Shown: piece after piece, positions 28,616-36,226 of the stretch
How the letters are laid out: every line of letters begins with the position of its first letter
Numbering within the stretch: the first letter of the stretch is position 1
Assembly (NCBI GenBank): GCA_031458695.1
Contig: JAVKJW010000024.1
Span: 1-36,226 of the forward strand
Length of the DNA: 36,226 nucleotides
Reading direction: 5' to 3'
Source: Candidatus Thermofontivivens primus
GTDB taxonomy: Bacteria > Sysuimicrobiota > Sysuimicrobiia > Sysuimicrobiales > Thermofontiviventaceae
Translations under genes and position numbers: made by a program
Notes under the pieces: generated by a model
What the model saw: the letters and a program-made list of their open reading frames with translations, nothing else
Databases searched by the model: none
Told to the model about the DNA's origin: nothing

Positions 28616-30307
28616 ATGACCGAGGAAGTTACCAGGGAGGTAGAGCGCCCCTGGCTCCGCCACTACGAACCCGGAGTGCCCACCACGCTGACCTACCCCG
28701 AAATTCCCCTCTTCCAGTTCTTAGAGGAGGCTGCCAACCGATTTGGGGATCGGCCCGCGTGTACCTTTTTCGGGGCCACCCTGACCTACCGGAAGTTGCT
28801 GACCTTGGCCAACAAGTTTGCTTCAGCGCTTGTCGAGCTTGGGCTCAGGCCAGGAGGGAAGGTTTCCCTTCACCTCCCCAACTGCCCGCAGTTCCTTATC
28901 GCCTATTATGGGACCCTGAAGGCCGGGGGTGTGGTCGTTCCCTTCAATCCCCTCTACACCGAGCGGGAGATCACCCTCCAGCTGAAGGATAGCGGTGCAG
29001 AGATCGCTGTCGTCCTGGATATGCTCTACCCGCGGGTTGCGGCGGTGGTTGGGGAGACCTCGGTGAGGCACATCATTTTCACCGGGATCCAGGACTACCT
29101 TCCCCCTTTGTTGCGCCTCCTCTATCCTCTCAAGGCGAAGAGGGAAGGTCATTGGGTGAAGATCCAGGAGAGTCCTACCGTCCACCGGCTCGTCCGCTTG
29201 CTGGAACGCGCCTCTGCCCGGCCTCCCCAGGTGGAGGTCAAGCCCGATGATGTGGCGGTCCTCCTGTACACGGGAGGGACCACGGGGACGCCGAAGGGGG
29301 CAATGCTCACCCACCGCAACCTTGTGGCCAACACGATCCAATCGATCTCTTGGTTCACTATGGTCCGGGAGGGTCAGGATACTACCCTCGGTGTGCTGCC
29401 GTTCTTCCACTCGTATGGCATGACCGTCGTGATGAACTTCAGCGTCCGTACAGGAGGACATATCGTCCTCCTCCCGAGGTTCTCTGCCGAGGATGTCCTG
29501 AAGGCTATCCAGCGCTATCGCCCTACCTACTTTCCTGGGGTCCCCACCATGTATATCGCCCTCCTCAACCATCCTAGGGTCACCCGCTACAACCTCCGTT
29601 CCATCAAGGCCTGCATCAGCGGGGCAGCTCCCCTCCCTGTGGAGGTCCAGCGCCAGTTCGAGGAGGTGACGGGAGGAAAGCTCGTAGAGGGGTATGGGCT
29701 CACAGAGGCATCTCCAGTCACCCACTGCAACCCCATCTTCGGCCTGCGCAAGGCTGGCTCCATTGGCATTCCATTCCCAGATACTGAGGCCAAGATCGTG
29801 GATGTGGAGACCGGGACCAGGGACCTCCCACCCGGAGAGATTGGGGAGTTGGTCATCCGGGGGCCGCAGGTCATGAAAGGGTACCACAACCGTCCTGAGG
29901 AGACAGCAGCAGCCCTGCGGGACGGGTGGCTGTACACCGGCGACATCAGCAAGATGGACGAGGACGGCTACTTCTACATCGTTGACCGCAAGAAGGAAAT
30001 GATCATCACCGGCGGCTTCAACGTCTACCCTCGTGAGGTCGAGGAAGTCTTGTACCAGCACCCGGCGGTGAAGGAGGCGGCTGCCATCGGCATCCCTGAT
30101 CCGTACAAGGGAGAGGTTGTCAAGGCGTTCGTCGTCCTGAAGGAAGGAGAGAAGGCAACGAGCGAGGAGCTCATCGACTTCTGTCGCCAGCGTCTAGCTC
30201 CCTACAAGGTCCCACGCTTTGTGGAGTTCCGCTCGGAGTTACCAAAGTCTCTCGTGGGCAAGATCCTCAGGCGCGTCCTCATGGAGGAGGAACGGAAGAT
30301 GGGATGA
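28616..30307 (+). CDS. Long-chain fatty acid-CoA ligase (FadD/LcfA-like)
   Basis: YTGGTTGTPKG, EGYGLTE, GWLYTGD, VGKILRR motifs. Confidence 0.93.
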   Translation: MTEEVTREVERPWLRHYEPGVPTTLTYPEIPLFQFLEEAANRFGDRPACTFFGATLTYRKLLTLANKFASALVELGLRPGGKVSLHLPNCPQFLIAYYGTLKAGGVVVPFNPLYTEREITLQLKDSGAEIAVVLDMLYPRVAAVVGETSVRHIIFTGIQDYLPPLLRLLYPLKAKREGHWVKIQESPTVHRLVRLLERASARPPQVEVKPDDVAVLLYTGGTTGTPKGAMLTHRNLVANTIQSISWFTMVREGQDTTLGVLPFFHSYGMTVVMNFSVRTGGHIVLLPRFSAEDVLKAIQRYRPTYFPGVPTMYIALLNHPRVTRYNLRSIKACISGAAPLPVEVQRQFEEVTGGKLVEGYGLTEASPVTHCNPIFGLRKAGSIGIPFPDTEAKIVDVETGTRDLPPGEIGELVIRGPQVMKGYHNRPEETAAALRDGWLYTGDISKMDEDGYFYIVDRKKEMIITGGFNVYPREVEEVLYQHPAVKEAAAIGIPDPYKGEVVKAFVVLKEGEKATSEELIDFCRQRLAPYKVPRFVEFRSELPKSLVGKILRRVLMEEERKMG

Positions 30308-30523
30308 GGAGAGCTGGGATGGGCTCATGAGCGTGCTGGCCATCACCCCATTTCGCCCTGATGTCGCTCATGACAATCCCTCTTGACCTGCGCGCGGTGA
30401 AAACCGCTCGAGCTTATCCCGAGGATGCGCTCAGGGTCGCACCAGCCAATGCCGCCGTGATCCTGCTCCGTTCCTCTGCAGGGGTCCTTCTCATCCTAGG
30501 GATGTGATCGCCGGGGTACTGTG

Positions 30524-31327
30524 ATGCCCGAGCTTCCTGATGTCGAGGCAGTCGTTCAGCGTATCCGCCCGCATGTCGTCGGCCGGAAGATCCTCGAGGT
30601 AGAGGTGCTCTCCCCTCGTACCGTCCGCCATCCAGCTCCTGCCCTCTTTGCCAGGCTCCTGTCTAACAAGAAGGTTCAGGCGATCCGCCGGCGCGGGAAA
30701 TACATTGTGTTTGAGATCGACGATGGGAGGATCCTGGTCATCCACCTGCGCATGACCGGGGACCTCGTAGTCGAATCCCGAGGAACCCGAGTAGATCCTC
30801 ACACACGTCTGACCTTTCTTCTGGAGGGAGGAAAGGAGTTGAGGTTTGTGGATGCGCGCCGCCTGGGGCATGCCCACCTCCTCCACCCAGAGGAGATCAA
30901 CCTCCTCAAGGGTTTCTCCACCCTTGGTCCCGAGCCCCTAGCTTCGGAGTTTACGCTGGCTGCGTTTCGGCGGCGCCTCCGGGGTAGGAAAGGGATGCTG
31001 AAGTCGCTCCTCCTGCGCCAGGATTTTATCGCCGGGTTAGGGAATATCTATGCCGACGAGGTACTCTTCCAGGCAGGCCTTTCTCCCATGCGGCGCGTGG
31101 AAGAGCTTCGTCCACAGGAAGAGAAGGCGCTCTTCGAAGCGATCCGTAGATGCCTTCGGGAAGCTGTGAGGAACCTCCTGAGGCGTGGGGAGCCCGGTGG
31201 TGAGCTGATTCCTGTGCGAGAGGAAGATGCACCCTGCCCTCGGTGTGGGACGCCTCTGGAGATGCGGAGGGTAAGTGGGCGATCGAGCTACTACTGTCCG
31301 CGGTGTCAGCCGCTCCCTGCCCGTTAA
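30524..31327 (+). CDS. mutM: Fpg/Nei-family DNA glycosylase (MutM-like)
   Basis: N-terminal PELPDVE, HLRMTG, H2TH GLGNIYADE, Zn finger CPRC..CPRCQ. Confidence 0.88.
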   Translation: MPELPDVEAVVQRIRPHVVGRKILEVEVLSPRTVRHPAPALFARLLSNKKVQAIRRRGKYIVFEIDDGRILVIHLRMTGDLVVESRGTRVDPHTRLTFLLEGGKELRFVDARRLGHAHLLHPEEINLLKGFSTLGPEPLASEFTLAAFRRRLRGRKGMLKSLLLRQDFIAGLGNIYADEVLFQAGLSPMRRVEELRPQEEKALFEAIRRCLREAVRNLLRRGEPGGELIPVREEDAPCPRCGTPLEMRRVSGRSSYYCPRCQPLPAR

Positions 31328-31425
31328 GAAACTGGGCCTCCTTGGAGGGGAGCGCGTGAAACTGGAAGGAACAAGGGAAAGTCTCTCGGGCGTGAGGAAG
31401 GAAACCCCGAGGGGGGAGGCAGGAT

Positions 31426-31695
31426 ATGTCGGAACGCGAGCGCGAGCGGACAGGTGTTTTCCGGATCGGGGCCCAACCTCCAGTTGGGATCGAAGAGATC
31501 CTTCGGTACGTCTATGAGGCCCTCCTGGAGAAGGGGTACAACCCCATCGATCAGATCGTAGGATACATCCTTTCCGGAGATCCCACCTTTATCACGAGCC
31601 ATAAGGACGCGCGCACGGTGATCCGGAAGGTAGACAGGGAAAGGATTGTGGAGGAGCTGGTGCGCTTCTACATCGAGACCAAGTGGAGTACTTGA
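31426..31695 (+). CDS. ireB: IreB/ReoM family (UPF0297) regulatory phosphoprotein
   Basis: [49 protein letters not shown] family signature. Confidence 0.9.
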   Translation: MSERERERTGVFRIGAQPPVGIEEILRYVYEALLEKGYNPIDQIVGYILSGDPTFITSHKDARTVIRKVDRERIVEELVRFYIETKWST

Positions 31696-31764
31696 ACCAT
31701 CTAAGGGTCGTTGCGAACCACTTTGCGTAAGAGAGGAAAAGAGGTGTGGAAGAAAGATGAGGCG

Positions 31765-33021
31765 ATGGACAAGTTGATCATCGAGGGAGGAAATAGGCTC
31801 CAGGGGAAGGTAGCGGTCTCTGGCGGGAAGAACAGCACGCTGGCGGCCATGGCGGCAGCCTGCCTTGCTCCCGACGTGACCGTCCTGGAGAACGTCCCCC
31901 GGTGTAAGGATGTTTTTACCCTGAGCGAAATCCTCCAGGCGCTCGGGGTGCGCGTGGAGTTCGAGGGCCAGGGAAGGCTCGTCATCGATGCCCGAGAGCT
32001 ATCTACCCATGTTGCTCCCTATGAGCTCTGCCGCCACATGCGTGCATCTTTCTACACTGCCGGCCTCCTCCTGGGCCGGCTCGGGAGAGCGGAGGTGCCG
32101 CTTCCGGGGGGATGTTCGATCGGCTCCCGCCCAGTGGACTTTCACATCCGGGGGTTCCAGGCCCTGGGCGCGAAGGTCGTCACGGAGCACGGGTACGTGA
32201 AAGCTCGGGTCCAAAAGAGGCGGCTCCAAGGGACCGTCTTCTATGTCCCCCGGAGTAGCGTGGGGACTACCATCAATTTGATGATGGCCGCGAGCACAGC
32301 CAGCGGGACAACGGTCCTCCAGAACGCTGCCCGTGAGCCTGAGGTCGTAGACACCGCCGTGTTACTCACGGCGATGGGGGCCAAGATTCGGGGGGCAGGC
32401 ACTCCCACCATCGTCATTGAAGGAGTCCGGAAGCTTCATGGTGCTCACTACGCAGTTATCCCAGATCGCCTGGAGGCTGGGACATACCTGATCGCTGGCG
32501 CCATCACCCAAGGGGATGTGCTTGTGGAAGGGTTGATCCCTGAGCACATCACCGCGCTCCTCACCAAGCTTGAAGAGGCGGGCATCGAGATCACCGTTGA
32601 CGGGGAAGGGGTACGGGCACGGGGGAGGGGAGAGCTTCGGGCCGTGGACATAGATACGGCACCCTATCCTGGGTTCCCTACAGATCTTCACCCGCCCTTT
32701 GCCGCTCTCATGACTGTAGCGAAGGGAACCTCCACGATCCGGGAGACCATCTTTGAATCCCGCTTTGGGTACGTTGATGAGCTACGGCGCATGGGCGCGA
32801 ACATTCGGGTGGAGAAGGATACAGCCATTATCACAGGGGTGGAGTATCTGACAGGAGCTCCGGTGGAAGCCGTGGACATCCGGGCCGGGGCAGCTGTAGT
32901 GCTTGCCGGTCTGGTGGCCAGAGGGAAGACCGAAATCACAAATTTGGAAAACCTGGATCGGGGATATGAGAACCTCGTGGACAAGCTCAAGGCGCTCGGG
33001 GCGAAGGTCGAACGGGTATAA
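31765..33021 (+). CDS. murA: UDP-N-acetylglucosamine 1-carboxyvinyltransferase
   Basis: [24 protein letters not shown] (active-site Cys), [20 protein letters not shown]. Confidence 0.97.
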   Translation: MDKLIIEGGNRLQGKVAVSGGKNSTLAAMAAACLAPDVTVLENVPRCKDVFTLSEILQALGVRVEFEGQGRLVIDARELSTHVAPYELCRHMRASFYTAGLLLGRLGRAEVPLPGGCSIGSRPVDFHIRGFQALGAKVVTEHGYVKARVQKRRLQGTVFYVPRSSVGTTINLMMAASTASGTTVLQNAAREPEVVDTAVLLTAMGAKIRGAGTPTIVIEGVRKLHGAHYAVIPDRLEAGTYLIAGAITQGDVLVEGLIPEHITALLTKLEEAGIEITVDGEGVRARGRGELRAVDIDTAPYPGFPTDLHPPFAALMTVAKGTSTIRETIFESRFGYVDELRRMGANIRVEKDTAIITGVEYLTGAPVEAVDIRAGAAVVLAGLVARGKTEITNLENLDRGYENLVDKLKALGAKVERV

Positions 33022-33024
33022 TAT

Positions 33025-33043
33025 GTAGGGATGGGTTCATCCC
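33025..33043 (+). repeat. Short GTAG-headed REP-like hairpin
   Basis: gta-gggatg-ggtt-catccc immediately after murA. Confidence 0.4.
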
Positions 33044-33071
33044 GCCAAAGGGAGCTCCTGCCGAGCCCCGT

Positions 33072-33107
33072 GCAGACCGTGTAGACTGTGCAGACCGTGT
33101 AGACCGA
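33072..33107 (+). repeat. 9-nt tandem array, consensus G(T/C)AGACCGT, 4 units (same unit as 19252..19314)
   Basis: gcagaccgt gtagactgt gcagaccgt gtagaccga. Confidence 0.88.
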
Positions 33108-33113
33108 ATGGAA

Positions 33114-33189
33114 GGGCGAGTAGCTCAGTGGAAAGAGCGCCTCCCTTACAAGGAGGAGGTCGCAGGTTCGATCCCTGCCTCGCCCACCA
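33114..33189 (+). tRNA. tRNA-Val(TAC)
   Basis: Acceptor GGGCGAG/CTCGCCC plus ACCA; anticodon arm CCTCC-CTTACAA-GGAGG; T-loop GTTCGATCC. Confidence 0.96.
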
Positions 33190-33672
33190 AGCGAATCTGG
33201 CCTTCCGTAAGTATTTCAGCCATTCGCGCGGCTTCCGGATAGTCGTCAAAAAGTGGGTTTTTGCGTTTCCGAAAGCAGAGTACCATCTTTTCGTCCATGT
33301 CCCATCCCAACAACTCTCCTCGAACTTCCTGAGTCAACGTTGACGCCATATTTTGGGAAATCGCTGACTGCAAGTATGTTCAGGAATGGAGGTGCGACGT
33401 GCCACAACAGCTCCAGAAGGCTTCCGAGTTCCGGGAAGGCCAGCGCCACCCACCACAGACTCTTGTTCGCGAGAGTGACCTCCCTCTCAAACACTCCTAC
33501 AGGACCTCTTCCCCGGTGTCCCTATGCAAAGGGATAGAACGCCGTTCAGAAATTTGTGAGGGACCCGCGAAGTACAAAGGACCCATTTCGGTGGATCGCT
33601 AATTTTCTTTGGGGGAGCTCCGAAAAGGGTGTGCTCGAGAAGATGTGCCGATGAAACGGAGGAAATAGCCTC

Positions 33673-34680
33673 ATGTCAACCGTCGCTTTCTTTGAGGTAG
33701 AGGCGTGGGAAGAGGAATACCTGGCCAATCGGCTACAGGGAGTTGAGTTGCGCTTTTCTCGATCCGCCCTCCAACCGGCACACTTGGCTGCGATGTCGGA
33801 CGTTGAAGTCCTTTCCATTTTCATCCGGTCTCCCATCACCTCCAATATCCTGGAACAGATTCCCCACCTCCGTCTCGTGGTGACACGCTCCACTGGTTAC
33901 GACCATATCGACCTAGAAGCGTGCCGGAGGAGAGGGGTGGTGGTCTGCAATGTCCCGCGCTATGGGGAGAATACTGTTGCGGAACACACCTTCGCCCTCA
34001 TCCTCGCCCTCTCCAGGAATATTCACAAGGCCTATGTCCGGACAGTACGCGGAGACTTCTCTTTACATGGCCTGAGGGGATTTGACCTCAAAGGGAAGAT
34101 CCTGGGAGTTGTAGGGACAGGAAGCATTGGCCTGCACGTCATCCGTATCGCCAGGGGTTTCAACATGGAGGTCCTCGCCTACGATATCAGGCCCCAGCCA
34201 CTCCTGGCCGAGGTGCTGGGGTTCCGGTATGTCAGCTTGGAGGAGCTTTTGCGGGAGTCAGACATCGTCACCTTGCACATCCCACTTACGCCCGCCACGC
34301 ACCACCTGATGGATTGGTCCAAATTCCAACAAATGAAGCGGGGCGCGATCCTGATCAATACCGCCAGGGGTGGGGTTGTGGATACCGATGCTCTTCTCCG
34401 CGCTCTCGATGAAGGGATCCTCTCAGGAGCTGGCTTGGATGTACTGGAAGGGGAGGAACTGATCGAGGAGGAGCGGGCCCTTCTTCACATGCCGGAAGCT
34501 GAAGAAAAACTCAAAGCAGTGATCCGGGCCCATGTACTCCTCCGGCGGGAGAACGTGGTCATCACCCCCCATATCGCCTTCAATAGCCAGGAGGCTCTCC
34601 AGCGGATCCTGGATACCACCATTGAGAATATCCAGGCATTTTTCACTGGCGCGCCACAGAATGTTGTGAACGTACCCTAG
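33673..34680 (+). CDS. D-isomer-specific 2-hydroxyacid dehydrogenase (D-lactate dehydrogenase-like)
   Basis: RSTGYDHIDL, GVVGTGSIG, LINTARG, LDVLEGE, TPHIAF motifs; SD GGAGG. Confidence 0.92.
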   Translation: MSTVAFFEVEAWEEEYLANRLQGVELRFSRSALQPAHLAAMSDVEVLSIFIRSPITSNILEQIPHLRLVVTRSTGYDHIDLEACRRRGVVVCNVPRYGENTVAEHTFALILALSRNIHKAYVRTVRGDFSLHGLRGFDLKGKILGVVGTGSIGLHVIRIARGFNMEVLAYDIRPQPLLAEVLGFRYVSLEELLRESDIVTLHIPLTPATHHLMDWSKFQQMKRGAILINTARGGVVDTDALLRALDEGILSGAGLDVLEGEELIEEERALLHMPEAEEKLKAVIRAHVLLRRENVVITPHIAFNSQEALQRILDTTIENIQAFFTGAPQNVVNVP

Positions 34681-34862
34681 CTCGAAGTAGCTGGCCATAA
34701 ATTGTGAGGTACAGGTGGCGGCGCTGATCAAGATTATGGACTTACTATCTTGATCTATTGATCCTGACCACAAATCTTTTCGTAGTAAGCCGGTTGTTAC
34801 CCGACAAGAAGTTCAATGCCTCTGTTTCTATCATCCCCGTACTTGCCCGCACGTCCAATGTC

Positions 34863-35400
34863 TCACCGTGTCCGGGCCAACGCCACGACCACAAAGAAGA
34901 ACAGGAAGATGGCGACTCGCTAGACCGATTCCGCCAGGTAGGTGAAGGCGGCCGCCCGCAAGACCGCCCACACCCCGGACCGCTCCTCCTCTGTGATCAG
35001 ACCGGACCGCTCGAGCAAATGTACGGCGCGGGTACTGGCGTTCCGCTCTATCGGCAGGGTGATCAGCGCGAAGACGGCCATGCCCAGTAGCATGAGGCCG
35101 CCGATCTCCATCAAGAAAGGGTTGCCGAACCAGAACCCTCAGATGAAGACAAACGGGTTGAGAGTGGCCAGCTGCTGAAGCCGAAGGGCTATGCTGGTGC
35201 GTACCCACATGGCGCGGTAGCCCTCCGCGTCCTGCTGTGCGTGTCCCACCTCGTGGGCGATAACACCCATGGTTGTCACCGAGCGACTATCAGCCACCCC
35301 CCTTCGAGAGGTAGAGGGTCTTTGTCTGCGGATCATACCGGTCCGCATATCGACCGGTAGTCCGCTCCACGGTGACCGTGCTTAGGCCTAGGGAGTCTAA
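34863..35400 (-). pseudogene. YugP-like neutral zinc metallopeptidase pseudogene, 5'-truncated
   Basis: Minus strand LDSLGLSTVTVERTTG..DRYDP..K.L.LS, AHEVGHAQQDAEGY (HExxH), TLPIERNAS.RA, VLRAAAFTYLA. Broken by a frameshift in a G6 run (35297-35302) and in-frame stops at 35139 and 34920. Confidence 0.85.
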
Positions 35401-35806
35401 CCGGAGTTCGACAGTCCGTAGACAACGCATTGACAGAAAGCCTCTCCTAGTAGCCATCACAGCACGTTAACATAATGTCTACAGCCCCTTGTTCTTGGGT
35501 GGACCGGTGGTGATGTGGAAGATATGTGGAGGTTCGGGGATGCGCAGCGCGGTGAAGAGCCGGTGCTGGTCCGCTGTGATCTCCGTCCGCTGCTGGACCT
35601 GCCCCTCTGGACCTACGAAGGTTCCAAGATGCATCCGCTGGAGGATCTGGCGGATCCGAGGCCACCGCTGCCCCGTGCGGAGCTCAATGATCCGCACGAG
35701 TAGCAGGGCCAGCCAACACAGCAGAACGTGGACGCGGATGCGCTCCTCCCACCTGTGGTAGATGGGCCGCAGGTCCAACAAGGTGTGCTTGAGGGTCCGG
35801 AAGGTC
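35401..35806 (-). mobile_element. IS1634-family remnant (3' end of transposase plus right end)
   Basis: Minus strand FRTLKHTLDLRPIYHRWEERIRVHVLLCWLALLL, the typical IS1634 C-terminal motif, stop at 35479; boundaries inferred from where neighbouring homologies end. Confidence 0.75.
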
Positions 35807-36226
35807 GAGGTAAACTCAAAGGTGTGGAAATTCTGCTGAAGGCGGTGTATCCTCCCTCCTAAGAAGAAACATCTGTGAAAGAAGAAAGGAGGAGATACAC
35901 CGCCATGAGCAAGCGTACCATGGAAAGCTCCCTCTCATCAAGGCCCACATGGGGGAGTGGGTTCGGGGGAAGATCCAGGAGTTCATCCAGGATCTCCTGG
36001 AGCAGGAGGTGACGGAATTGCTGGGCCGGGGCCGCTAGGTAGCGGCGAGCCGCAGTGGATGAAGTCCAGGGTTACAGGAACGGCTATGGCAAGCCCCGTA
36101 GGCTGACGCTGAGCATCGGCACCATCACCATTCGCCGCCCTCGGGTGCGGGGGTTGGAGGAGCGGTTTACTAGCCGGATCCTTCCGCTACCTGCGCGCCG
36201 CACCGAGGAGGTTTCGGATCTGTTGC
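35807..36226 (+). mobile_element. IS256-family element, left end and frameshifted transposase 5' portion (runs off the window)
   Basis: ATG 35905; pieces EWVRGKIQEFIQDLLEQEVTELLGR and GYRNGYGKPRRLTLSIGTITIRRPRVR..FTSRILP in different frames with stops. Confidence 0.8.

Noticed and set aside
33146..33373. Minus-strand ORFs overlapping the tRNAs (also 25981..26286 and 33037..33249)
   Set aside because: They read through the reverse complement of tRNA genes, a common spurious-ORF pattern
34920..35141. In-frame TGA and TAG in the peptidase as selenocysteine, pyrrolysine or recoding
   Set aside because: The gene also has a frameshift and a 5' truncation by an IS, and TGA/TAG act as normal stops throughout the window; pseudogene decay explains it

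Overview
GC-rich bacterial core-genome window. Gene order resembles Bacillota/Terrabacteria, and the many Zn-ribbon protein variants hint at a thermophile, but taxonomy cannot be fixed from the sequence alone. From 1 to 16.4 kb lie the 3' end of tuf and the S10-spc-alpha ribosomal protein supercluster (rpsJ to rplQ, with secY, adk, map, a KOW-domain gene, infA, rpmJ and rpoA); rpmD (uL30) is absent from its usual slot. From 16.5 to 20 kb lie a fused ecfA1-ecfA2 ATPase, ecfT and truA. From 20.2 to 30.3 kb lie fadN-fadA-fadE beta-oxidation genes, a CAT-anticodon tRNA, an Ntn-hydrolase acylase and a long-chain acyl-CoA ligase. From 30.5 to 33.2 kb lie an Fpg/Nei glycosylase, an IreB/ReoM-family gene directly upstream of murA, and tRNA-Val(TAC). 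Beyond that tRNA is a decaying accessory stretch: a D-2-hydroxyacid dehydrogenase, a YugP-like Zn-peptidase pseudogene, and nested IS1634 and IS256 remnants. I see no intact novel multi-gene system. The best leads are (i) the ireB/reoM-murA pairing and (ii) a dense layer of intergenic repeats: GTAG-type REP hairpins repeatedly followed by 9-nt tandem arrays, an inverted heptamer array, and a family of GC-clamped palindromes.
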